Of a DNA stretch of 64,000 nucleotides, positions 18,425-27,391 are shown piece after piece; within the stretch, counting starts at the first letter, position 1, and the number at the start of each line of letters is the position of its first letter. The DNA is from Spirochaetales bacterium. Its GTDB lineage: Bacteria > Spirochaetota > Spirochaetia > Treponematales > Treponemataceae. Position numbers and translations under genes: made by a program. The stretch is from NCBI GenBank assembly GCA_003252395.1, contig QKEL01000013.1, positions 125,698 to 189,697 on the forward strand, read 5' to 3'. The notes under the pieces were generated by a model. The model did no database searches, was not told where the DNA came from, and saw nothing but the letters and a program-made list of their open reading frames with translations.

Positions 18425-19429
18425 ATGGCAGCATTGTTTGAAAGCTACGAGCGCAGAATCAACCAGATTCTTCCCGCGCTGAAGAAATACGGCATCAATT
18501 CCGTCGAAGAGGCCAAGAAGGTCTGCGACGACGCGGGCGTGGACGTCGGCGGCATCGTCGCCGGCATTCAGCCCATCTGCTTCGAGAACGCCAAGTGGGC
18601 CTACATCGTGGGCGCCGCCATGGCGATCAAGAAGGGCGACAAGACCGCGGTCGACGTCGCCAAGACCCTGGGCGAGGGCCTCCAGGCCTTCTGCATCCCC
18701 GGTTCCGTCGCCGACGACCGCAAGGTCGGACTCGGCCACGGCAACCTCGCCGCGATGCTCCTCTCCGACGAGACGCAGTGCTTCTGCTTCCTCGCCGGCC
18801 ACGAGTCCTTCGCCGCCGCCGAGGGCGCGATCGGCATCGCCCGCAGCGCCAACCGCGCCCGCAAGACCCCCCTCAAGGTGTGCCTGAACGGTCTCGGCAA
18901 GGACGCCGCCCAGATCATCAGCCGCATCAACGGCTTCACCTACGTGCAGACCCAGTTCGACTACTACACCAGCGATCTCAAGATCGTGAAAGAGTACAAG
19001 TACTCCGAGGGCGAGCGCGCCGCGGTCCGCGTGTACGGAGCCGACGACGTGCGCGAGGGCGTGGCGATCATGTGGAAGGAAGGGGTCGACGTTTCGATCA
19101 CCGGCAACTCCACCAACCCGACCCGCTTCCAGCACCCCGTCGCCGGTACCTACAAGAAGGAAACCAACGACAAGGGCAAGAAGTACTTCTCCGTCGCCTC
19201 GGGCGGCGGAACGGGCCGCACCCTGCACCCGGACAACATGGCCGCCGGTCCCGCCAGCTACGGCATGACCGACACCATGGGCCGCATGCACTCCGACGCC
19301 CAGTTCGCGGGTTCTTCCTCGGTTCCCGCCCACGTGGAGATGATGGGCCTGATCGGCATGGGCAACAACCCCATGGTCGGCGCCTCCGTTTCCGTGGCCG
19401 TGGCCATTTCGGAAGCGATGAAGAAGTAA
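18425..19429 (+). CDS. GGGtGRT family protein (function unknown)
   Basis: Signature GGGTGRTLHPDNM plus ITGNSTNPTRFQHPVAG; codons end almost exclusively in C/G. Confidence 0.9.
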   Translation: MAALFESYERRINQILPALKKYGINSVEEAKKVCDDAGVDVGGIVAGIQPICFENAKWAYIVGAAMAIKKGDKTAVDVAKTLGEGLQAFCIPGSVADDRKVGLGHGNLAAMLLSDETQCFCFLAGHESFAAAEGAIGIARSANRARKTPLKVCLNGLGKDAAQIISRINGFTYVQTQFDYYTSDLKIVKEYKYSEGERAAVRVYGADDVREGVAIMWKEGVDVSITGNSTNPTRFQHPVAGTYKKETNDKGKKYFSVASGGGTGRTLHPDNMAAGPASYGMTDTMGRMHSDAQFAGSSSVPAHVEMMGLIGMGNNPMVGASVSVAVAISEAMKK

Positions 19430-19478
19430 ATTCTCGGTTTACTACATCTTGAAGGTTCGCGTCGCGAATTTTCATGAT

Positions 19479-19513
19479 AGCCGCGGGCCGTTTGGCTCGC
19501 GGCTTTTTTTTTT
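19479..19513 (+). terminator. Rho-independent terminator
   Basis: AGCCGCGGGCC-GTTT-GGCTCGCGGCT followed by a T-run. Confidence 0.85.
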
Positions 19514-19629
19514 ACCCTACGCCGCTCGGTTTCAGGTTCGTAACGGACAACGCGCCCGCGCGGCGCGAATATCTGCTATAGTGGTTCTTACGCGTTCGCC
19601 CTTGAGCGGTACGGAAAGAAGGAGTTTCA

Positions 19630-20445
19630 ATGAAAGAAAAAGAAACGGTTTCGGGAGATGGCGGGGAAACCGCCCGGGCGAAACCGGCAGGCAAAGCGGG
19701 ACGCCCGCATATCGCGGCATCCATATTCTGGACGCACGTCAGGCGCATCGGGTTTATGCGCACCTTCATAGGCGGTTTTCTTCAGTATTTGAGCATTTTC
19801 GAGTTTATTATGCTTCATTTGACGGTCATCGTGGTTCTCTACCGCGTGATGCTCGCGCCCCTATTCGCTCTCAAGAAGTTCCGCGTGGGCGATTACATGC
19901 TCTTTGACCGCGGCAAGGTGCGCCGCATGCGCGCGTTCGACCGGCTCAACTGCCAATTTTGCGCCTACGCGAACGGGACGGCGAAGATGTGGAACGACGA
20001 GCTCGACGAGATGGCCAAGGCCGATTTCCGGAAGGGGAACCCCTTCGCGAGGCTGATCGTCGCGCTGTACGCACTCTGTCTCGCGGTATTCCTCTTTTTC
20101 AGCTTCATTTTGAGCAAGGTTCTGTTTATCGTCATTGCCCTTTTTTTGGGGATGCACATCGTGAAACTGGGCGAGATCGCCAGGGAGCTCAAGGAGTCGA
20201 ACTACGCCGGCGGACATTCGGCGCCCCTTCGATCGCTTATCCGCGGGGCGAAGGTGTACGCATACTCACTCGCTGCCAATCTTGAGCAGATCGAGTCGAG
20301 CTGGTGCCCGCTCAAGCACGTTGAAACGGAAACGTCCGTGACGTCCGAACATCATGCGAATTTTTTCGGCCAAGACCGGCTTGACGAGATGGTCGAAAGG
20401 CTCGCGCGGGACGGAACGGTTTCTCCGAGAAAGCCGAAATACTGA
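19630..20445 (+). CDS. Hypothetical membrane protein with CxxC and WCPxKH motifs
   Basis: Hydrophobic segments, LNCQFCAYANG and ESSWCPLKH; SD AAGGAG. Confidence 0.65.
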   Translation: MKEKETVSGDGGETARAKPAGKAGRPHIAASIFWTHVRRIGFMRTFIGGFLQYLSIFEFIMLHLTVIVVLYRVMLAPLFALKKFRVGDYMLFDRGKVRRMRAFDRLNCQFCAYANGTAKMWNDELDEMAKADFRKGNPFARLIVALYALCLAVFLFFSFILSKVLFIVIALFLGMHIVKLGEIARELKESNYAGGHSAPLRSLIRGAKVYAYSLAANLEQIESSWCPLKHVETETSVTSEHHANFFGQDRLDEMVERLARDGTVSPRKPKY

Positions 20446-20462
20446 CGAGGGGCGCCTATATT

Positions 20463-21146
20463 TTATTCCCTGATCTGTTTATGGAGCGAAATGCCGTCGC
20501 CCGCGCGCAATCCCCGGTCGTAGGAATCGCCGTGCACGCGGCGCCCGACTTTTTTCGTGCGGGTTTTCCCGTATTTCTCCCCGATAAACGCGGCGTTTTC
20601 CCGATCGGCGGTGGCCGTCATAAGGACGGTAAGCTGCCGGTCGTCGGGAGCCGTCTTTCCTTCCCGCGCCGATTCCCCGTCCATGGCCGCGAGCCGCTCG
20701 CCGATGCGCATTACCGCGCCTATCCTGAAACTGTCGAGATGGTCCACCGTCTTGCCGTGTTCCCGCGCGAGAATGAGTATCGCCCGGTGAAGGTAGGCGA
20801 AAAGCTCCGCGGCGGAGCGGGCGTTCACTTCCCGGCCAATGATTAAAACCTGCCGGATATCCCCCCGCTGAACCGTGAGGGCCTGCGTAAACGTGCATTG
20901 CGAAACGACCTGAATGAGGTACCGTTCCCAAGAGCGTAGCCGTTTCTTTTCCAGAAGCACGCCTTCCACGATCTCGCTTTGGCGCGCGTCCACGTCCGCG
21001 AGGGAAAGCCCGTACCGCGCGAGGAGTACGCGCGCCTTCTCCAGGGCCGAGGCCGCCTCCGCCTCGCTGGGCGAGGTTCCCAAGGCCATGAGCTTCTTTA
21101 CCTTTTTGAGGATATCGTCGGTGGGTCGGTCCGCGCTCGAGTCCAT
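20463..21146 (-). CDS. DUF2786-domain protein
   Basis: ILKKVKKLMALGTSPSEAEAASALEKARVLLARYGL N-terminal pattern and C-terminal SYDRGLRAG. Confidence 0.75.
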   Translation of the reverse strand: MDSSADRPTDDILKKVKKLMALGTSPSEAEAASALEKARVLLARYGLSLADVDARQSEIVEGVLLEKKRLRSWERYLIQVVSQCTFTQALTVQRGDIRQVLIIGREVNARSAAELFAYLHRAILILAREHGKTVDHLDSFRIGAVMRIGERLAAMDGESAREGKTAPDDRQLTVLMTATADRENAAFIGEKYGKTRTKKVGRRVHGDSYDRGLRAGDGISLHKQIRE

Positions 21147-21208
21147 GCCCCCAGTGTAGCAGGGGGAGGGTTCGCTGTACAGGCGCGCGAAGACGATAGT
21201 TCAAAAGA

Positions 21209-21259
21209 GGTAAAACCGTCATTTTACCGCTTGTCAAATAATTTAACATTAGTTAAAAT
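21209..21259 (+). promoter_or_regulatory. sigma70 promoter of tetR with overlapping palindromes (candidate operators)
   Basis: TTGTCA (21231-36), 17 nt, TAAAAT (21254-59), 6 nt, ATG 21266. Palindromes TTTAAC-ATTA-GTTAAA (21242-57) and GGTAAAA-N6-TTTTACC (21209-28). Confidence 0.7.
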
Positions 21260-21265
21260 AAATGC

Positions 21266-21865
21266 ATGAACGAGGCGCGATACGATACCAAACTAAAACT
21301 CATCGAAAAGGCGGCGCTGGAGGTATTCCTCGAGCGCGGGTTCGAGCATACGACCCTCGAGGCCGTGGCCGAACGGCTGGGTTATACGAAACAGGCAATC
21401 TATTACTATTACAAAAGCAAGGAAGCCTTGGTCGCTTCCTTTTGCTTCTCGATTCTCTCCAAGTCGAAAGAAGACGTGGGGGCGATTTGCGGCTCCCAGA
21501 AGACTCCCGAGGAAAAAATCAGGGATTTAATCCGCTATACCCTCAACGGCTCTTCCTTCGAGCGCGGCTTTTTTACCCTGCATAACGGCATGAAGGGAAT
21601 CCTTTCGCGGATTCAGGACCCGGAAAGGGTGGCGGAGATTTCCCGCATGATCTCGGAAATACCGGCCATGATCATGGACACGATTCGCGAAGGGGTCGAG
21701 TCGGGGTGCTTTCGCTCCGGGGATCCCTATACCCTTTCGCTCATCATCGCCGGGATGCTGAACGGGATAATTCTTACCCTCGACGCGCAAACGGGTCGGG
21801 GCGCCATAGATCCCGCGGCGAACGATATCGCCGCGGAAATAATTTTGAAAGGAATCAGTCGATGA
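21266..21865 (+). CDS. TetR/AcrR family regulator
   Basis: AALEVFLERGFEHTTLEAVAERLGYTKQAIYYYYKSKEAL helix-turn-helix. Confidence 0.92.
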   Translation: MNEARYDTKLKLIEKAALEVFLERGFEHTTLEAVAERLGYTKQAIYYYYKSKEALVASFCFSILSKSKEDVGAICGSQKTPEEKIRDLIRYTLNGSSFERGFFTLHNGMKGILSRIQDPERVAEISRMISEIPAMIMDTIREGVESGCFRSGDPYTLSLIIAGMLNGIILTLDAQTGRGAIDPAANDIAAEIILKGISR

Positions 21866-24741
21866 AAAAGCTCTTTACGGCACTGGGTCAATTCATAGTG
21901 CGGCATCCCGTCGGGATTATCGTCGCGGCCATCGCGCTCACCCTTGCCCTCGGCGCGGGAATGTCCCGCCTGACGATGGACGCGGACATGACCGACGATA
22001 TACCGAATACCATCCCGGAGAAGGCGTTCTTCGACGAGGTTGGCAAGGTCTTTCCCGCGAACGACGTATTGGTCGTCGCCTTCTCCGATTCCCGGGGCGT
22101 CTACTCCCCGGAGTCCCTTTCCCAGGTGGCCGACTGGACCGACAGGTTCGCCGCCATGGAAGACGTGAAGGGCGTGCTGTCGCTTTCCAACGCGACCATG
22201 ATTACCGGCACCGAAGAGGGAATCGTGATCGAGCGGGCCATGCGGGGCGTTCCGGCCTCCGCCGAGGAGTCCGCGGCGTTTCGCGCCCGGATCGAAAAAA
22301 GCGGCATGGCGGAAGCCTTGGTGGGCCGCGACGGGCTCGCTACCTGCCTGATGGTGAGCGTGGATCCCTCGGCGGATACCCGGCGCAGGCCCCGGCTCGT
22401 GGTTTCCTTCCCGGAAGGCGCCGCGGGGCCGACCCTCGAATCGGCCATCGAGGCGGTACGCGGCCTGGCGGAGGGAAATCCCGCCGACGGGAAATTCCGC
22501 GTGTACCGGTCCGACGTTGTCCAAGACTCATTCGAGGCGGCCGCGGGTTACGGCCTGCGCATGGACGCCGCGAAAGGCGGCTTAACCCTGCTCGTGCGCC
22601 CGGGAGAAGGCGCCGACATAGCCGCGTTCGGGAAGGCGGCGAAGGCCGCGCTGAAGGATGCGGGCGGAACCGTGCGGGTAGAGAATTCCCAGATCGCCAT
22701 GTATGACCGCGTAATGGCCGCCATTGACCTCATGCCCCGCACCGCCGACGGCAAAGCGTACGTTTCGGGCTCCAAGGCCGTTTCGAGCGTGGTGAGCAAG
22801 CTGATGATCAAGGATCTCGCCACCCTGTTCCCGGTCGTGATCGTCCTCATCATCCTCATACTCTTCCTGAGTTTCAGAACGCTGCGCGGCGTGCTGTTGC
22901 CCCTGAGCAACGTGATCATGGCCACGGTCATGGCCATGGGTTTCATGGGATGGACCGGACAATCGATATCCATGGCAACCATGGTGCTGCCCATAATCCT
23001 GATCGCCGTGGGAACGGCCTACGCCATTCACGTGATCAACCGTTACTACGAGGACATGGCTACCGACGGCGATCGGCCGAAGGCGATCGTGACCACCCTG
23101 GGCCACGTTGCCATTCCCATCCTCTTCGCCGCGCTTACCACGATCGTCGGCTTCGCTTCCTTGGCGGTTTCATCGATAGTCGCCCTGCGGGTATACGGGC
23201 TCCTCGCCGCGCTCGGCATACTGTTCGCGCTTCTCCTGTCCATCACCTTCACTCCCGCGGTCCTGGCGTTGCTACGGCCTCCCCGTCTCCGCGCCGTAAA
23301 GGAAGGCTCCTCCGGCATGCTCGGCGGGCTTTTGGTCGGAATCGGCAAAATGACGGCGGCCAAGCCCGTTCCCGTGTTCGTCGCGTCCCTGGCCATAGTG
23401 GCGCTCGCCGCGACGGCCATTCCCCGGATCGTTTTCGAGACCAATACGGTAGAATCCTTCAAGCGGGGCACCGATATCCGGGAATCCTCGGAATATTTCA
23501 ACGAGAACTTCACGGGGATCACCATGATGACGGTGGTGGTCAAAGCCGGCGAAGAGGGCGCTATCCTCGACTCGGACGTGCTTCAGTCCATGGACGGCCT
23601 TGAAACCCTGCTTTCCTCCCTGCGCTTCACGGGGAAAAAGGTGTACGAGCCCGGCCAAAAAGGTTATGAGGGTGCGGAAGACCTCGTGGGGGGAACGCAG
23701 TCCATCGTTACCTTCGTGAAGGGGTTGAACAAGGCCCTCCACGGTGACGATCCCTCGTGGGAAAAGGTTCCCGACGCGGTGACGGAGGTGCCGGTGACCA
23801 CCGAGCGGTACGTGCTCGCGGGGGAGGAGCTCAGGGAAATCGATTCCGACTGGGGCGACCTACTGGCGACTTACGGCCCGGGCCAGGCTGAAACCTATGT
23901 CCGCCAAGGCGACGCGGCGACCATAACCCGCGACGGCATGGAACGGCGGATCGATCTGGAGCGGGGGACGGCCGTGGACCTGGTTCCCGGAAGGGTGTTC
24001 GCCGGCCAGCTCGTGTTCCAATACGAGAACTCCGGCGATCCCGAGGATATAGAGTCCTTTATCGATAACCCGAGGCAAACCGCGCGGATAAACGTCTTTC
24101 TCCGCACGGGAAGCTCGACCGTGTCGCGCCAGGTGCAGACGATCGCCCGGTCATGGATTTCCGCGAATTTCCCCGAGGGAACCCGGGCCGATATCACCGG
24201 GCTCGCCGCGCTCAACCTGACCATCATGGACCTCTTGGTAAAAACCCAGATTTGGTCCATCCTGACCTCCCTGGCGATCATATTCCTCATGATTTCCCTG
24301 AAGGGGCGGAGCCTGTCCGAGGGACTGGTCTCCATCGTGCCCCTGACCGCTTCCCTGACGATCAATTTCGGCGTTATGGGTTTCGCGGGAATCCCGGTTG
24401 ACATTTCCACCGCCACCATCGCCTCCATCGCCATCGGCATCGGCATAGACTATACCCTCCACTTTATGGAGCGGTACCGGCTTATGCGCGAAAGCCTCAA
24501 TCCCGGCGACGCGGTGGTCGCCACCATGGGAACCACCGGAAAGGGCATCGTGTTCAACGCGGCGGCGGTGGCCGGGGGCTTTCTCGCCCTGACCGCGAGC
24601 AGCATCCGCGGAAATATGTACATGGGCGCCCTCATGGCGCTTATCATGGTCGTCGCCTCGAGCTTCGCCCTGACCCTGCTGCCGGCGACGATACTCATTT
24701 TCAAGCCCCGGTTCGCCGATCCCCGGAAGAAAGGCGAATGA
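21862..24741 (+). CDS. MMPL/RND-family transporter with periplasmic insertions
   Basis: Start ATG 21862 (MKKLFTALG). Two TM bundles with IAVGTAYAIH and IGIGIDYTLH motifs. Confidence 0.88.
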   Translation: MKKLFTALGQFIVRHPVGIIVAAIALTLALGAGMSRLTMDADMTDDIPNTIPEKAFFDEVGKVFPANDVLVVAFSDSRGVYSPESLSQVADWTDRFAAMEDVKGVLSLSNATMITGTEEGIVIERAMRGVPASAEESAAFRARIEKSGMAEALVGRDGLATCLMVSVDPSADTRRRPRLVVSFPEGAAGPTLESAIEAVRGLAEGNPADGKFRVYRSDVVQDSFEAAAGYGLRMDAAKGGLTLLVRPGEGADIAAFGKAAKAALKDAGGTVRVENSQIAMYDRVMAAIDLMPRTADGKAYVSGSKAVSSVVSKLMIKDLATLFPVVIVLIILILFLSFRTLRGVLLPLSNVIMATVMAMGFMGWTGQSISMATMVLPIILIAVGTAYAIHVINRYYEDMATDGDRPKAIVTTLGHVAIPILFAALTTIVGFASLAVSSIVALRVYGLLAALGILFALLLSITFTPAVLALLRPPRLRAVKEGSSGMLGGLLVGIGKMTAAKPVPVFVASLAIVALAATAIPRIVFETNTVESFKRGTDIRESSEYFNENFTGITMMTVVVKAGEEGAILDSDVLQSMDGLETLLSSLRFTGKKVYEPGQKGYEGAEDLVGGTQSIVTFVKGLNKALHGDDPSWEKVPDAVTEVPVTTERYVLAGEELREIDSDWGDLLATYGPGQAETYVRQGDAATITRDGMERRIDLERGTAVDLVPGRVFAGQLVFQYENSGDPEDIESFIDNPRQTARINVFLRTGSSTVSRQVQTIARSWISANFPEGTRADITGLAALNLTIMDLLVKTQIWSILTSLAIIFLMISLKGRSLSEGLVSIVPLTASLTINFGVMGFAGIPVDISTATIASIAIGIGIDYTLHFMERYRLMRESLNPGDAVVATMGTTGKGIVFNAAAVAGGFLALTASSIRGNMYMGALMALIMVVASSFALTLLPATILIFKPRFADPRKKGE

Positions 24742-24764
24742 AATCCCACAAAGGAGTACCTGAT

Positions 24765-25589
24765 ATGAAAAGACAGAACCAAAGCGGTATTCGCGCGCGC
24801 GTCGCGGCCTTGGCCGCCCTCTCCCTCGCCCTCGTCACGTTTTCGGCGGCCGCCGAAGACCTGGGGAGCATCTTGGACAAAAACGAGAATATGCCCCGCC
24901 CCGCGGCGTCCGTCGCCGAGATGCGCATGGTCATAACCAATAAGGCCGGACAGTCGCGTACCCGGGAAATCCAGGCCTGGACCGCCTACGCCGAGGGCGA
25001 GTACAACAAGCAGATGATGGTCTTTACCGCCCCCGCCGACGTGCGCGATACGCGCTTTCTCACGATCGACTGGAAGGACGCGGCCAAGCCGGACGAACAG
25101 GCCATCTATATCCCGGCGCTTCGAAAGGTGCGGACCATCGGCGCCTCGGGCGGGGATTCCAAAACCGGCGCCTTCCTCGGCTCGGACTTCAGCTACGCCG
25201 ATATCGGGACGCTCGACCGCTCCGATTTCACGGTTACGCTGATCGGAGAGGAGACCCTCGGCGGCGTGAAATGCTGGAAAATCCAGTACGACGCGACCGG
25301 CGACAAGACGATCGAAAAATACGGCTACGGGCGCGTTATCCGCTGGATAAACGAGGATAACTACACGAGCCGCCAAAGCGAGTTCTACGACCGCGGCGGA
25401 AAGGCCGTGAAGCGGTTGGAGATCACCGGCACCGAACTGGTGGACGGAAAGTACTGGCAATTCAAGGCCATGCGAATGAATAACCTCGAATCGGGCGGGA
25501 ATACGCTCTGGGAGTTTACCAAGAGCCAAAACCTCGCCCAGGCGGACGAAAAGTACTTTACCCTCCGCTTCCTGGAGCGCGGACGATGA
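24765..25589 (+). CDS. Outer-membrane lipoprotein-sorting (LolA-like) protein
   Basis: FTAPADVRDTRFL, YIPALRKVRTI and FLGSDFSYADI; signal peptide; SD AAGGAG. Confidence 0.85.
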   Translation: MKRQNQSGIRARVAALAALSLALVTFSAAAEDLGSILDKNENMPRPAASVAEMRMVITNKAGQSRTREIQAWTAYAEGEYNKQMMVFTAPADVRDTRFLTIDWKDAAKPDEQAIYIPALRKVRTIGASGGDSKTGAFLGSDFSYADIGTLDRSDFTVTLIGEETLGGVKCWKIQYDATGDKTIEKYGYGRVIRWINEDNYTSRQSEFYDRGGKAVKRLEITGTELVDGKYWQFKAMRMNNLESGGNTLWEFTKSQNLAQADEKYFTLRFLERGR

Positions 25590-26971
25590 GCCGCCGCGTT
25601 CCCGCCGCGCTCGCGGCAGCCGCCCTCTGTTTCGCCGTGTCGCTTCCCGCCGCCGGGGAAGGGGAGTCGCCGCTCGTTTCGAACCTCAGTCCCTCCGGCT
25701 ACGTGACCGCCTCGGCGTGGGCGACTCCCCGCGCCGACGACGCGCTTTCCACCGCGGGCCTTCGGGGCAACGTCGCGCTTTCCGGCGACGCGGGAGAGAC
25801 CGGCGCCTTCAAGCTCGCCCTTGAATGGAACGCGAACGGCGCCGGACTCGCCGACGCGGGCGCGGCCGAAACCACCTGGTACGGCCCCGCCTCGTTTTCG
25901 GCCTCCGTCGCCGACCGGGCGTCGGTGGACCTTTCCCTCAAGGAAGCCTGGTTTTCCCTGTACGCGGGGGACTTTGACCTCGTTCTCGGCCAACAGATCG
26001 TGACGTGGGGCCAGGCCGACGGCAATAACCCCACGGACAACGTGAACCCGCGCTACGTGGGCACCCGCGACGCCACGACGACCGACGAAAAGAAAATTCC
26101 CGTGCCCATGGTCAACGTTACCTGGAACCTTCCCTCCGGTGACGGCGCGGTGCAGGGCCTTTTCCTGCCGATTCCCGCGGTTAACCGCATGCCCGACATG
26201 GGCGACTTCGTAAAAGAGGATATTCCGGGCGTTTCTCCCGAGAATTTCGAGGGGGGAGTGCGCGGTCTCTTCTATATCGGGCAGTCCAGCGTCTCGGTCA
26301 GCTACCTCACGGTCCTTGACCGGTACCCCTCGGACGTGACCGGTTTTACGCGGATGATGGTATCCCCCATGCCCCCGCCCGGAATTTTCGTGGAAGTGCC
26401 CGATACCCTCGGTCATACCCGCCGCCAGATCGTCGGAATTGACGCCGTGGCCTTTCTGGGTCCTTACGATCTCCGTGCAGAATGGGCCTACACCCTCACC
26501 GACGACCTTGAGGGTACCGATCCCTATAAGAAGAACCCATCCCTCTCAGGCGTGGTACAGGGAAGCAGGAATTTCCTCGACGGAAGGTTGAGCCTCGCCC
26601 TTTCCTGGGCGCCCACCTGGATCCAAAACTTCGAGGAGCCTCCCGCGCAAGCCCTCGCGTACGCCTCACGGCTCTATACCGGGCAGGGTTTCGCCCTCGA
26701 ACAGGCCGTGGCCGCGCGGGCCCAGGCGAAATTCCTCAACGAGACCCTCCAGGCCGAGGCCATGCTGCTTACGGAACTTGCCGCCCGCGACTGGCTCGCC
26801 ACGGTGAGCGGGACCTATAACCTTGCCGACGGCTGGAACCTTAAGGGCGGCGTGAACCTGCACGGCTCCTTCCGTTCCTCAGACGACCCGCTGCGCCAGT
26901 TAGGCGTGTTCGGGAACGATGCTGCCCAAGATTCCGATTCCCTATACCTGGAACTGCGTTTCGATTTTTAG
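25586..26971 (+). CDS. Outer-membrane beta-barrel (DUF1302-like)
   Basis: LKEAWFSL and LGQQIVTWGQADG..PTDNVNP; terminal YLELRFDF; typical third gene of MMPL/LolA-like cassettes. Confidence 0.7.
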   Translation: MSRRVPAALAAAALCFAVSLPAAGEGESPLVSNLSPSGYVTASAWATPRADDALSTAGLRGNVALSGDAGETGAFKLALEWNANGAGLADAGAAETTWYGPASFSASVADRASVDLSLKEAWFSLYAGDFDLVLGQQIVTWGQADGNNPTDNVNPRYVGTRDATTTDEKKIPVPMVNVTWNLPSGDGAVQGLFLPIPAVNRMPDMGDFVKEDIPGVSPENFEGGVRGLFYIGQSSVSVSYLTVLDRYPSDVTGFTRMMVSPMPPPGIFVEVPDTLGHTRRQIVGIDAVAFLGPYDLRAEWAYTLTDDLEGTDPYKKNPSLSGVVQGSRNFLDGRLSLALSWAPTWIQNFEEPPAQALAYASRLYTGQGFALEQAVAARAQAKFLNETLQAEAMLLTELAARDWLATVSGTYNLADGWNLKGGVNLHGSFRSSDDPLRQLGVFGNDAAQDSDSLYLELRFDF

Positions 26972-27040
26972 CGTTTCTTTTTTTGGCGATTTAGACGATT
27001 ATCGCGGCGGCTTGAACCCCGCTTTCGCCCGGCTCTCCCG

Positions 27041-27391
27041 TTAGCGGGCGAAGAGCCGGGTCAATTCCAGCGCTATTTTGCCGTCGCGGTATTCTACCCG
27101 GATAGAGTCGCACATGATCGACACCATCCGGAGCGCGTTGGGATTGAGCGGGTCGCCCGCGAGTTGCCAATAATAGTCCTCCAGCTCGGGCTTCCGCGTC
27201 TGGGTCAGGCTTTCGCGAAGCGCGTCGATTTTACCCCGGTCCGTTTCGCGCGCCGGGCATTCCATCGAGACGGTGAAGCCTTCCCCGGTTTTGTTAATCG
27301 CTATGGAAAGGGTATCGGCCTGGAATTCGCGCAATAGGTACGAGCCGAATTCGTCGGCGATTTTCATTACCTTGTCAATTTCGTGGTTCAT
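27041..27391 (-). CDS. Small hypothetical protein coupled to the DUF1576 gene
   Basis: ATGA overlap with the upstream gene; ELEDYYWQLAG motif. Confidence 0.65.
   Translation of the reverse strand: MNHEIDKVMKIADEFGSYLLREFQADTLSIAINKTGEGFTVSMECPARETDRGKIDALRESLTQTRKPELEDYYWQLAGDPLNPNALRMVSIMCDSIRVEYRDGKIALELTRLFAR

Noticed and set aside
17699-19333. 544-aa antisense ORF over the IscU-like/GGGtGRT genes
   Set aside because: It is a shadow ORF caused by extreme codon bias on the sense strand; it has no motifs, and the sense genes are clearly real.
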